From a virus (Duplodnaviria; Caudoviricetes): DNA of 55,952 nucleotides. The stretch spans positions 1 through 55,952 of the IMG/VR virus record IMGVR_UViG_3300020404_000088. One strand, 5' to 3'. Of this stretch, positions 43,604 through 52,417 are shown piece after piece. How positions within the stretch are numbered: position 1 is the first letter of the stretch; each line of letters begins with the position of its first letter. The translations under genes were made by a program, and so were the position numbers. A model generated the notes under the pieces. That model did no database searches. It worked only from the letters and a program-made list of their open reading frames with translations, and was not told the DNA's origin.

Positions 43604-44381
43604 GCTGTTGCAACATTTTTTCTTGCGTTATATATTTTAGGTTAGCACATGAACTCCATTCATTTATTGGCATATCTGTTTTTGCTTCGGTACCTTTATT
43701 CACTTTATAAAATTGAACATTCGGAAACTTATTAAATGTATTCTTGTGTTGTAGTATCCAGTTAAATGTTTCGTCTGGATTATTAGGTCTGGCTGCCAAT
43801 GCGTCTTTTTCGGCATAACTATCTGTGCCAGCATATATGTTATTTACCTTATCCGTATTAGAATATAGATCGTGTCCCACTATATAAACTTCTTTAGCAT
43901 TTAGTTCACATGCCAAATGTATTGATCTACTGCCTGTCGCATATGCGAAGCCATCTACGTCTGGTTCAATATCTATTATATTATCTTCTTTAGAAACACC
44001 TGTGATATAAGTTATGCCTAGATTATGTCCCTTTGTGAGTGTAAACACGCCATCGGCACCATGATAAACAACCTCATCACTATCATTCCATACAATATCA
44101 GTTTTGTCTGCCATTGTTTTCATCATTTCTTTTGCAACAAATATCGGCACAGGTGTCCAGTAACCTAGATATATTTTCATGTCTTTGAGATTTGCTTTAC
44201 GATATATCTCGTGTGACATTCTTGAATCTAATGCCACTAATATATCAGGAGTGAAGTCACGATATATAGCATTACAACCTATTACAGTTGCATAGTCTTT
44301 CATTTTTTGTAAATCTAGGCCTTGTCTTGATTGCCCATTACCGAGGCAGACGGCCGTATCTATCCATGTTAAAGTCTTCAT
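43593..44381 (-). CDS. hypothetical protein, Maf/DUF115 glycosyltransferase-like fold suspected
   Basis: AVCLGNGQS, VIGCNAIYR..PDILVALD, EVYIVGHD. Confidence 0.6.
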   Translation of the reverse strand: MKTLTWIDTAVCLGNGQSRQGLDLQKMKDYATVIGCNAIYRDFTPDILVALDSRMSHEIYRKANLKDMKIYLGYWTPVPIFVAKEMMKTMADKTDIVWNDSDEVVYHGADGVFTLTKGHNLGITYITGVSKEDNIIDIEPDVDGFAYATGSRSIHLACELNAKEVYIVGHDLYSNTDKVNNIYAGTDSYAEKDALAARPNNPDETFNWILQHKNTFNKFPNVQFYKVNKGTEAKTDMPINEWSSCANLKYITQEKMLQQLYN

Positions 44382-44407
44382 CAAAAATCATCCTATATTG
44401 TCTTGTA

Positions 44408-44998
44408 CTATAATTGTACTATATCATAATACATATAATTAAAACTTGCCGATACTTGTAAATAATCAATATCACTTGCTTTAATATCATAAGATAATGA
44501 ACCTAGAGATATGGGAAAAACATTCTGAAATCTTATCTCTGTTTTGGCAATGTTCTTACTATTTAAAACTGTGAGTGTTGCATCCGAATATATACCGCCC
44601 TCTGCTAGAGGCTGTGGTATACTTGTTCCTGTTGCAGCCGTGCTTGATGTTGTGCCAGGAAATCTATCAGCACCAGTCGCTTGTAAATTTTTAAATTGAT
44701 CGTGATTTTGTGCAAATCCTAAACCTGTAATCCAATCGTGTATTTCCTTATAGTTGTTGAGATTTTCATCAACAAGAAATGACACATCTAAAGTTTGATA
44801 TGTAACTTTATCGCCGACACCTGCAATGTCTTTTAGAGGTGTTTCAAAACTTGTAGACCCTAAAGAGATACCAGGTATGTTTGCTGTCTGTACAAAAAAT
44901 TCAACATTAGGTAGTTTAGTCATTTTAAATCTAAACTGTATCGGACTTGCATAGTCAAATTTACTAGGTGTTCTATCAATTATATTTGTATCTGTCAT
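44408..44998 (-). CDS. gp3: tail completion / tube terminator protein
   Basis: FRF...P.VEFFVQTANIPGISLG, FLVDENL.NY.EIHDWI, F.NVFPISL; position after gp23. Confidence 0.85.
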   Translation of the reverse strand: MTDTNIIDRTPSKFDYASPIQFRFKMTKLPNVEFFVQTANIPGISLGSTSFETPLKDIAGVGDKVTYQTLDVSFLVDENLNNYKEIHDWITGLGFAQNHDQFKNLQATGADRFPGTTSSTAATGTSIPQPLAEGGIYSDATLTVLNSKNIAKTEIRFQNVFPISLGSLSYDIKASDIDYLQVSASFNYMYYDIVQL

Positions 44999-45002
44999 AA
45001 TA

Positions 45003-45251
45003 CTATTTATCTGTTGAATTATCTACTTCTTGCCATTCTTTTTCAGTGGCTTTTTTCTCTAGTTCTTTTTCATTTTCTGTAAGAATAATCTCTTTTTGTT
45101 CTACTTTTTTAATCTTTTCTTCTAATTCTTGTAGCACATCTTGTTTAGGATTCATATGGTTAAGACAATAAGCGAGTACACCCATGATAACTATGAGTGA
45201 ACCTATACCTAAAACTATTTGTTTGAATTCTTTAATTTTACTTTTTGTCAT
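45003..45251 (-). CDS. small single-TM coiled-coil protein
   Basis: Hydrophobic IVLGIGSLIVIMGVLAY; TATAAATA at 45263-70. Confidence 0.7.
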   Translation of the reverse strand: MTKSKIKEFKQIVLGIGSLIVIMGVLAYCLNHMNPKQDVLQELEEKIKKVEQKEIILTENEKELEKKATEKEWQEVDNSTDK

Positions 45252-45282
45252 CTTTTATGTACTATTTATAATCATTAAGGAC

Positions 45283-45310
45283 AAAAAAAAGGGCGCCGAA
45301 GCGCCCTTTT
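45283..45310 (-). terminator. Rho-independent terminator after gp23
   Basis: GGGCGC-TTCG-GCGCCC followed by T8. Confidence 0.93.
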
Positions 45311-45332
45311 TCGTAATCGGTATTAACCAATA

Positions 45333-46652
45333 TTACATAATGTTAGAAACTTTAACACGTCTGTAATATACGTTTTGGTCACCAGCTGCAGGAGACGTTA
45401 AGTCAATTGCACCAGTACCGTTAGTAGTTGCGAAAGGATTAGCAACCATACCATATCTAGTTTTGAAACCGATTTTTGGTTGGAAACTATCTTGACCAAC
45501 GGCTCTTACCATTTGTAGTGGTACGTAAGGACAATAGAATAGTCCAGAGTCGTAAGGTGAAGTACCTTTGTAACCTACAACGTAGAATTGTGAAGCAGCA
45601 ATATTTGCACTATATGGATCAATGTAAACTTTAAATTTACCATTTAATACACCAGCGAAAGTATTTCCTGTGTCATCAACGTTTAAGTTAGTAGAAAGAG
45701 CAGGAGAGTAATCTAATACACCTGACATCTGAAGTGCAGAAGCAACATCAGCTGAACAGATAATCATATTACCTTTTCCTCTTCTTGTTAATTGACCAAC
45801 AGCGTTAGCATCTCTCTCTAATTGGAATAATAGTCCTTTGAATTTCTCAACTGACCATCTACCGTTAGAGTCTGTGTCAAGATCGAAAATACCAGCAGTT
45901 GTAGTATTAACTTGAGCACCTGCTTTTGCAGTTGTGTAGATTGTTCTAACAACTTCTCTATTGATCTCCGCAAGGATTTCTGAAGATAGGATGTTAGCAA
46001 GTTCCGTTTCAGCATCTAAACCGTGGATTGCTTTTAAGTCTTGAGCAAGTTCCATAGTGTATTCTGCTTTAAGAGCTCTTGATTTCGCAGTTACAGTAAC
46101 TTTATCGATTGAGAAAGCCATTTCTGCGAACTCGTCTGTTCCGTCACCTAGTGTTTCTGCTTGTGCAACAGTCATACCGTCACCAGTTGTGTAAGTACCA
46201 GCAGGTGAATCGTTAAGAACACTTGGATTAGATCCAGAGTGAGCACTAGCTGAACCAGTGTTACCAGCAGCATCTCTAGCTGAGAAATCTGAATCTGCTT
46301 CGTTAAATAGTGCTTCAGCACCAGCTTGCGAACCAAATCTTGACTTCATAGCGAAGATTAAACCAGTTGGACCAGTCATAGGTTGAACACCACAAATGTC
46401 ATAGGCAATAAGGTTAGGCATTGCTCTTCTAACAAGTGATATTAAAACAGGATCCCAGTTGTCAACAGATGAACCAGTTGCGTTAGCTGGTGCAGCTTCT
46501 GACATAAATGATCTGTCTTCTCTAACTGCTTTCTCTTGGTTTTCCAAGATAACAGTTGTTACAGCTCTTTTGTATGCGTCACCGATTTTTGGTAAATCAG
46601 GATGCTCCAATACTGGCTGCCATTTGTCTTGTAAGTTTTCAGTAAGATACAT
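45333..46652 (-). CDS. gp23: major capsid protein
   Basis: LISLVRRAMPNLIAYDICGVQPMTGPTGLIFAM, KSRALKAEYTMELAQDLKAIHGLDAE, FYCPYVPL. Confidence 0.99.
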   Translation of the reverse strand: MYLTENLQDKWQPVLEHPDLPKIGDAYKRAVTTVILENQEKAVREDRSFMSEAAPANATGSSVDNWDPVLISLVRRAMPNLIAYDICGVQPMTGPTGLIFAMKSRFGSQAGAEALFNEADSDFSARDAAGNTGSASAHSGSNPSVLNDSPAGTYTTGDGMTVAQAETLGDGTDEFAEMAFSIDKVTVTAKSRALKAEYTMELAQDLKAIHGLDAETELANILSSEILAEINREVVRTIYTTAKAGAQVNTTTAGIFDLDTDSNGRWSVEKFKGLLFQLERDANAVGQLTRRGKGNMIICSADVASALQMSGVLDYSPALSTNLNVDDTGNTFAGVLNGKFKVYIDPYSANIAASQFYVVGYKGTSPYDSGLFYCPYVPLQMVRAVGQDSFQPKIGFKTRYGMVANPFATTNGTGAIDLTSPAAGDQNVYYRRVKVSNIM

Positions 46653-46681
46653 TTTTATCTCTCCTAAGTTTATTAATTAAA

Positions 46682-47737
46682 TTAAATCTTTACAGATTTA
46701 ACGTTTTTAGTAATAGCGGCTGTATATGCAGCCATAGCATCGGTATTGCTCTCAATTGGAGCGTTAGCCGCAACTGAATCAACCTCATCTTTAGATGTTG
46801 TTTCTTCAATCTTTGTTTTAGGGAAGTAAGATTCTTTAATAGTTTCTAACTTTTCCTTAAACTTGTCAGCACTATCGTACTCAACATTCTCAGCCATCTT
46901 CTCGAATTTTTCTTTTTCTGTTTCTGCTAAATCTTCAGCGATTTCATCAATAGCTAATTTTTTTGCAGATTGAGAAACTTCTTTAGTTAGATCAACATTT
47001 TTTGCAATCTGTTCATTTAACTTTTCTTCAAGTTTTTTATTCTGAGTAGTTAAGTCGTCTAGCACGTTGTATTTTTCTTCTGGAACATCAATATAATGTT
47101 CTTTGAATAAATCTTTAAGACCAGTAATGAAGTCTTCAGCAATCTCAGTTCTAATTCCTCTTTCAACTGCTAATTCATTTTCTTTCATCCATTCTTCAAC
47201 AACATAGTTTAGGTATGAGTCAACTTTTTCGACCATAGCTTCTTTTACTGTTTCAGTTTCAGCTGAAAGTTTTTCTTCGTACTTTGCCTCAAGGATTTTA
47301 GTTTGTTCTTGGATTCTTGTTTTAACAGCAGCTTCAAAAATTGTTGCAGCTTTATCTTTGAATTCCTCAGATAAATCAGCGTCACTTGAAACTAATGCCT
47401 CAACATCAGCAGATAAGTCTATTTCAACTTCTTTAGATTCTTCTTTGTCTTCAGCAACAACTTCTTTGTCCTCTGAAGCTTCAACTTCTTCTTCTTTCAT
47501 AGAAGCAGGTTTTGAATCATTTTCTAAAGAACCATCTTTAGCACTTTTCTTAGCTGGATCCGAAGTATTTTGTTTTGCCTTTGAAGCAGCGTCTGGATTG
47601 CTGTCAGTTGGTTTTACAACTGGAGCGCCCATGTCAACTGCGTCATTTTTAAGGTGAGTAGTTTCAGCTGGAGCTGCGTCTTTAACCGCAACATTAACTT
47701 CTTCCAACTTCTCTACATCTTTTGTAGTATCTGACAT
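46682..47737 (-). CDS. gp22: prohead core scaffold protein
   Basis: LSEEFKDKAATIFEAAV, VDSYLNYVVEEWM.EN; acidic coiled coil. Confidence 0.95.
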   Translation of the reverse strand: MSDTTKDVEKLEEVNVAVKDAAPAETTHLKNDAVDMGAPVVKPTDSNPDAASKAKQNTSDPAKKSAKDGSLENDSKPASMKEEEVEASEDKEVVAEDKEESKEVEIDLSADVEALVSSDADLSEEFKDKAATIFEAAVKTRIQEQTKILEAKYEEKLSAETETVKEAMVEKVDSYLNYVVEEWMKENELAVERGIRTEIAEDFITGLKDLFKEHYIDVPEEKYNVLDDLTTQNKKLEEKLNEQIAKNVDLTKEVSQSAKKLAIDEIAEDLAETEKEKFEKMAENVEYDSADKFKEKLETIKESYFPKTKIEETTSKDEVDSVAANAPIESNTDAMAAYTAAITKNVKSVKI

Positions 47738-47790
47738 TCGGTCTCTCCTTGATTATTAATAAAAATTTAAATTTAAATTTTAGTTATTAT

Positions 47791-47798
47791 TATTTATA
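47791..47798 (-). promoter_or_regulatory. T4-type late promoter (gp22/gp23)
   Basis: Intergenic TATAAATA. Confidence 0.8.
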
Positions 47799-47844
47799 TA
47801 TTTTATCATCTTAAACTCTACGAATTATATCAAAGCTGCGTAGG

Positions 47845-48483
47845 TTATTTAAGTTTAGATAAAAAGTCGTTGAAAATAGAGGCTTTCGTTTCTGCCAATT
47901 GAGCTCGTTTCGTCTTCTCTATTTGTTCTTTGTATTCTTCAACAGATTTACTTTTCAGTATACCGTTGTCCCATACCCATTCTTTGCCTTCCATGATACC
48001 TTCTACGAAAGCGTCAGGCGCTGAAGGATCTGCAACTATATCAGCCGCAGTAGCTAGATAGAAATCTTTACCGACAGTATGTCCTTGTATTGATCCCATA
48101 CCTCTTGATGATACACCTAGTTGTGCGCCCTCGTCAATTAAATTTTTGACGATCTTGCCGTATGGCGTATCCATTATCTTAGCCTCACCTATGAAGTTTT
48201 TACCTTCTGGTTTTAGACTAGTAATCATGTGTGAAACTCTCTCTAGGTTAACTGTTGGTCCGTCAGGATGTCCTAGTTCACCGAAAGCACGTTTCTTGTT
48301 TATAAATTGTTCGTTGTATCTATTAACTTCTTTAGCAAGAGTTTGTACTGGATAGACACGACCGTTACGATTCTTGATATCCGCTTGCATGAAGACACCT
48401 CTTATCTTATATTGTTTTTCACCAGAGGCATTTGCTTCTGTCAATACTTCGATATCTTCTATTGTTTCTGTTATTAGTTTCAT
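47845..48483 (-). CDS. gp21: prohead protease
   Basis: NRNGRVYP, GELGHP, GVSSRGMGS, DIVADPSAPDAFV. Confidence 0.97.
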   Translation of the reverse strand: MKLITETIEDIEVLTEANASGEKQYKIRGVFMQADIKNRNGRVYPVQTLAKEVNRYNEQFINKKRAFGELGHPDGPTVNLERVSHMITSLKPEGKNFIGEAKIMDTPYGKIVKNLIDEGAQLGVSSRGMGSIQGHTVGKDFYLATAADIVADPSAPDAFVEGIMEGKEWVWDNGILKSKSVEEYKEQIEKTKRAQLAETKASIFNDFLSKLK

Positions 48484-48513
48484 GTTCTCTCCACCTTCTC
48501 TTTTATTACTTGT

Positions 48514-48933
48514 TTACCTTACTTCAATTATAATGGTATAGTTATCGCCTGCAACAAATCCTTTTGTTGAAAACAAAATATCACCAGCAGGACTTGTGTT
48601 TGCTTCTAATGTTGCGTTATTAGGAATACTATTTCCTGCCGTATTATAATCGTGAAATCCACGACCAGAAAAGAAACCTATCGTTGCGTCAGCAGCACTT
48701 GTTCCGCTACCTGCCCACAATATTTCAACACCAGATTTACCATTAGTAGTATTAACTGCCCAATATATTTTTGAGATCGTTCTATTAGCATCTTCGGTCA
48801 TGAAAGTCAAAGCACTTGCATCCATTTTAGTTACAAGTGTTTCACCTGATCCATCACTCATATTTGTAAACTTCATCACGGTTTTTGTACCAGATGTATC
48901 TACTATCGTTTGACTTGTTACTACGTCAGCCAT
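48514..48933 (-). CDS. putative structural protein (paralogue 1 of 3)
   Basis: Beta-rich 139 aa; shares DASAL, IYW, G.G.H, NNAT, GDI, IIEVR with neighbours. Confidence 0.7.
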   Translation of the reverse strand: MADVVTSQTIVDTSGTKTVMKFTNMSDGSGETLVTKMDASALTFMTEDANRTISKIYWAVNTTNGKSGVEILWAGSGTSAADATIGFFSGRGFHDYNTAGNSIPNNATLEANTSPAGDILFSTKGFVAGDNYTIIIEVR

Positions 48934-49280
48934 TAGTTGTTTCTCCTAAATTCACTTACTAACAAATAACTCTTTACATTTGAGTCAGTTGTTAATAATA
49001 TTTGTTTATCATTTCCAAACTTTAATTGATCAGGTCGTAATCCATACTTACCTTTACCAGTCAAAGTCAAATTGTTTTCTTCACTAGAAGCACTTAACGT
49101 TAATGTACCTGTGCCTTCTATTAAATAATAACATTCTATTAAACTTATTTGTGATTGATTATTACCACTTACAAGTTTTTCAGCGTCAACAAGTATTTGA
49201 TCTTCTTCACCACCAATACCTTTTGACCTTACAATATGTTTGATTGTAGAGTCCACTACTGTGGTATTAGTTATCGTCAT
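48933..49280 (-). CDS. putative structural protein (paralogue 2 of 3, divergent)
   Basis: 115 aa; VDAEKL, LTGKGKY, VSEFRR. Confidence 0.65.
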   Translation of the reverse strand: MTITNTTVVDSTIKHIVRSKGIGGEEDQILVDAEKLVSGNNQSQISLIECYYLIEGTGTLTLSASSEENNLTLTGKGKYGLRPDQLKFGNDKQILLTTDSNVKSYLLVSEFRRNN

Positions 49281-49286
49281 AATAAA

Positions 49287-49715
49287 TTACGCTGTAAAGT
49301 TTTCGTCTTTTCTTAATTCTATAATAACACTACCAGAAGTACCAAAAGCACTTAACTCTAAATCACCTGAGGTTGCGCCTGTGTTGGTTGCGTTATTTGT
49401 AATTTTACCAGCAGTACCATCATAGTGACCTGTGCCAGCAAGTTGAATTGCTGTCGTGTCAGATGAAGCACCTTTGAATTGTATCTGTACATGACCCGTA
49501 TTGTCATCAGCAGTACCTTGTACTAACTGCCACCATATTCTAGTGATATCTAGTTTTGCACCATTAGCATGACCTGATAAACCACTTGCGTCTAATATGT
49601 TTGAGTTAGCAGTAGTGTTATCATCCATGTTTACTAAAATAGTAACCTTACCACCCGAGGCACCACCAGAAGCTTCTACTACTGTGTCCCTTAATGTTCT
49701 TGTTGCAATTGCCAT
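49287..49715 (-). CDS. putative structural protein (paralogue 3 of 3)
   Basis: 142 aa; DASGL, IWW, GTGHY, NNAT, GDL, IIELRK. Confidence 0.7.
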   Translation of the reverse strand: MAIATRTLRDTVVEASGGASGGKVTILVNMDDNTTANSNILDASGLSGHANGAKLDITRIWWQLVQGTADDNTGHVQIQFKGASSDTTAIQLAGTGHYDGTAGKITNNATNTGATSGDLELSAFGTSGSVIIELRKDENFTA

Positions 49716-49727
49716 TTTTTATTTCCT

Positions 49728-49982
49728 TTAACTTAATATTTCGTTATCAAAATAATCTTCTATTGAAGACACTTTAACGTTTCTTTTTTTTGCTACTTGT
49801 TTGATAATACCATCAACTTTACTTATGATCTCACCTTTGGTATTACCTAACAAAGTAAATACATCTTTCACCGCCTGTTTCTCTGCAGGAGATAATTTCT
49901 TAAACTCCGCAGTTTCCTTAGGACTGTCTTCCTTCAACTCTGTAAGAGTCTTCTTAAACTTCTGGAACGACAGCTGGTTCAT
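49728..49982 (-). CDS. small prohead-core-region protein
   Basis: Start MNQLSFQKFKKTLTE with GGAG RBS; gp67/gp68 positional region. Confidence 0.65.
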   Translation of the reverse strand: MNQLSFQKFKKTLTELKEDSPKETAEFKKLSPAEKQAVKDVFTLLGNTKGEIISKVDGIIKQVAKKRNVKVSSIEDYFDNEILS

Positions 49983-50271
49983 CAACTTCTCCACCTTGAT
50001 CTATCTCAACTTCATTAGCAACAGGTTCTTCAACAGGCGTTTCTTGTCCTGGAGTAACAACACCACTTGCGCCAGCATCTAATCCACTAGCGTCTTTCAT
50101 TGCTTCTTGATCTTGAGCACTATTTAACCAGTCCGTAGCAACTGTTTGTCTTTTATCATCAAGTGCTTGTCCGATTTTGTCAGACAAAGCATTCTTAAAT
50201 GCGTCTTGAGCTTTAACATTGTCACCACTTGCAAGTGAATTGACCATGTCTTTTACATTATCATTTGGCAT
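49954..50271 (-). CDS. acidic prohead core protein (gp67-like position)
   Basis: Follows portal; AGGAG RBS; TATAAATA at 50288-95. Confidence 0.7.
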   Translation of the reverse strand: MPNDNVKDMVNSLASGDNVKAQDAFKNALSDKIGQALDDKRQTVATDWLNSAQDQEAMKDASGLDAGASGVVTPGQETPVEEPVANEVEIDQGGEVDEPAVVPEV

Positions 50272-50273
50272 AA

Positions 50274-51824
50274 TTATTCATCTCCTATATTTATATCAGT
50301 ATTATCATCATCATTATCCATAGACTGTCCCTCAGGTGAGGCGATAATACCTTGTTTAATTTCATCAGCAATCTGATTATCAATCTCAATTATATCTTCG
50401 TCACTTTGTCTTAATACTTTCTTTCTTATGTAGTCAACAGAATAATATTTACCTACATAAGGACTTACTTCTTGTGCAAGACTTAATCTTTCTCGCATAA
50501 TCTCTGCTTCTTTTAACTCAGCAAAATATCCATCTTTTAAATAATCATATTGAATATGACTATGAATTCTTTGCCAATCTTCGATTGTGATGATACCTTT
50601 TAAAATCAATTGTGACTTTAATATATCACCAAAGACTTGTGTAAATCTTTTTCTCAATCGTTGAATGAATTTAGTAAACTTTAATTCATCTCTAGTAATT
50701 TCAGCAGCCTTACCAAGATTGAAACCTGCTTCTGATTCCATTCTTGAAATCGGTACATTCAATGCTTTATATAATTTCTTTTGAAAATATTGAACATCTG
50801 AAATCTCACCTAGATTTTGACCACCAGGTAATGTAGATACTTCAGTTCCTTTTGCACCCTCTCTACGAGGTAGCCAAAAGTCTTCAAGCATTGACATATG
50901 TTTTCTGTCATCTCTTATCTCACCAGTTGAAGCGTCATAGACAAGTTTGTTTCTATATCTTGCCATCACATCTCTAAGATATGATTCTGCTTTTACTTTC
51001 GGTAAGTTTCCTACATCAACATAGAATACTCGTCTTTCTGGTGCTCTTACTATTCTGTAAATAACAACAGCGTCTTCGATCATTCTCAATTGATTAGTAG
51101 GTTTAATTGCTTTATGCAAATGACCCATAACCATATTTCTAGTTTGATCTACAACACCAGAAGTAACATAGGTAATTGAATCAGAAGCAATCTTTATACC
51201 AGCATTAGAATTTGCTGAAGACATTCCTTTTTCATTATAAACAAACCATTCGGCAGTTTGTTCTACAACTTCAATACCTTTGCCTTTATTATCTCTTTTC
51301 TTAGTTATCTCACGAACCTTTTTAATTTTTCTAGGGTCAATGTATCTAACCTCTGTAATTCCTTTTCTAGGACTAGTGGGATCGATTACTTTGTGGAAGT
51401 AAATTCTTCCGTCAATATACCATCGTTTAAAAATATCGAAACCTTTTTCGTCAAAATTTAATAGTCGTAAGACCTCATCAAACTCTGCTCTAATTTTTGT
51501 TTTTATATTGTCTGAAATAGCAAGTTTATCTAATGATAAAGAAACAGCTGAATCTCTCTCGTTAGCTATGATGACTTCATTGATTATATCTTCTATCGCA
51601 GTATCACATTCAGGATGCTGTGCGATCTCACGATATCTTTTGATTAAATCAAAGTCGTTCTTGGCAGTAACTTCCATATCCAAGTATTGGCCAAAGTAAC
51701 CGCCAGCAGATATAGTTGTTGTACCGTCATCTGGAGAAGGTATAGTGAAAGCCTGTTTGGCTTGCGCCGGCTTCTCCAGATCATCATCTTTTCTTGTTAT
51801 CTCGAACCCAAGTAGTTTTACCAT
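50274..51824 (-). CDS. gp20: portal vertex protein
   Basis: WYIDGR, YIDPRKI, YRIVRAPERRVFYVDVGNLP, EDFWLPRREG, EITRDELKF. Confidence 0.98.
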   Translation of the reverse strand: MVKLLGFEITRKDDDLEKPAQAKQAFTIPSPDDGTTTISAGGYFGQYLDMEVTAKNDFDLIKRYREIAQHPECDTAIEDIINEVIIANERDSAVSLSLDKLAISDNIKTKIRAEFDEVLRLLNFDEKGFDIFKRWYIDGRIYFHKVIDPTSPRKGITEVRYIDPRKIKKVREITKKRDNKGKGIEVVEQTAEWFVYNEKGMSSANSNAGIKIASDSITYVTSGVVDQTRNMVMGHLHKAIKPTNQLRMIEDAVVIYRIVRAPERRVFYVDVGNLPKVKAESYLRDVMARYRNKLVYDASTGEIRDDRKHMSMLEDFWLPRREGAKGTEVSTLPGGQNLGEISDVQYFQKKLYKALNVPISRMESEAGFNLGKAAEITRDELKFTKFIQRLRKRFTQVFGDILKSQLILKGIITIEDWQRIHSHIQYDYLKDGYFAELKEAEIMRERLSLAQEVSPYVGKYYSVDYIRKKVLRQSDEDIIEIDNQIADEIKQGIIASPEGQSMDNDDDNTDINIGDE

Positions 51825-51869
51825 ATTATAATTTTCCTTTTCGATTTAACTTATTACTTATTAAGTATA

Positions 51870-52397
51870 TTATGTAGTCGTATCTGTTTCAAAGTATTGG
51901 AATTGGAAAGTGACACCGAATTCTTCGATAGCGTCATTAGTTCCGTAGTTCAAAGCAATACTATCTAAAGCGATTGGAAACAGTCCTCTGTAAGTATATG
52001 ACTTTAGAGTTGATCCGTTTCTGTCTAAATGATCAACGAAACCATCAACTTGATAATCAGCAGGATTTGCGATACCTTCGTTGTCAGTCATGTTGTTTAT
52101 ACCATTCATCCATCTTTCAAATGCTCTGTACAATTTAAAGTCAGTATCATTTAACACCGTAATTGTCCAAGGTTCGAAAGTTCGATCCCCAGCGATATTA
52201 AGTTTTCTGCCTCTAAAATCAATAGGTACATTACCTACTGTTTGTCCAGGTATAGCAGTTGCTTTACATAAGAAAGCAAGATCAGATGTTTCACCACCTA
52301 CAGCAGCGTATCCAGGAAAAGGTAAAGTTACCTTAAACTGATTAGCTCGTGCTCCACCGCCTCTTAAACGAGATTTGAATTCATTTATATTTGGCAT
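51870..52397 (-). CDS. gp19: tail tube protein
   Basis: GGGARANQF, FRGR.L.IAGDRTFEPWTITV.ND, IEEF.VTF. Confidence 0.96.
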   Translation of the reverse strand: MPNINEFKSRLRGGGARANQFKVTLPFPGYAAVGGETSDLAFLCKATAIPGQTVGNVPIDFRGRKLNIAGDRTFEPWTITVLNDTDFKLYRAFERWMNGINNMTDNEGIANPADYQVDGFVDHLDRNGSTLKSYTYRGLFPIALDSIALNYGTNDAIEEFGVTFQFQYFETDTTT

Positions 52398-52417
52398 TTT
52401 ATTTTATCTCCTCTCTA

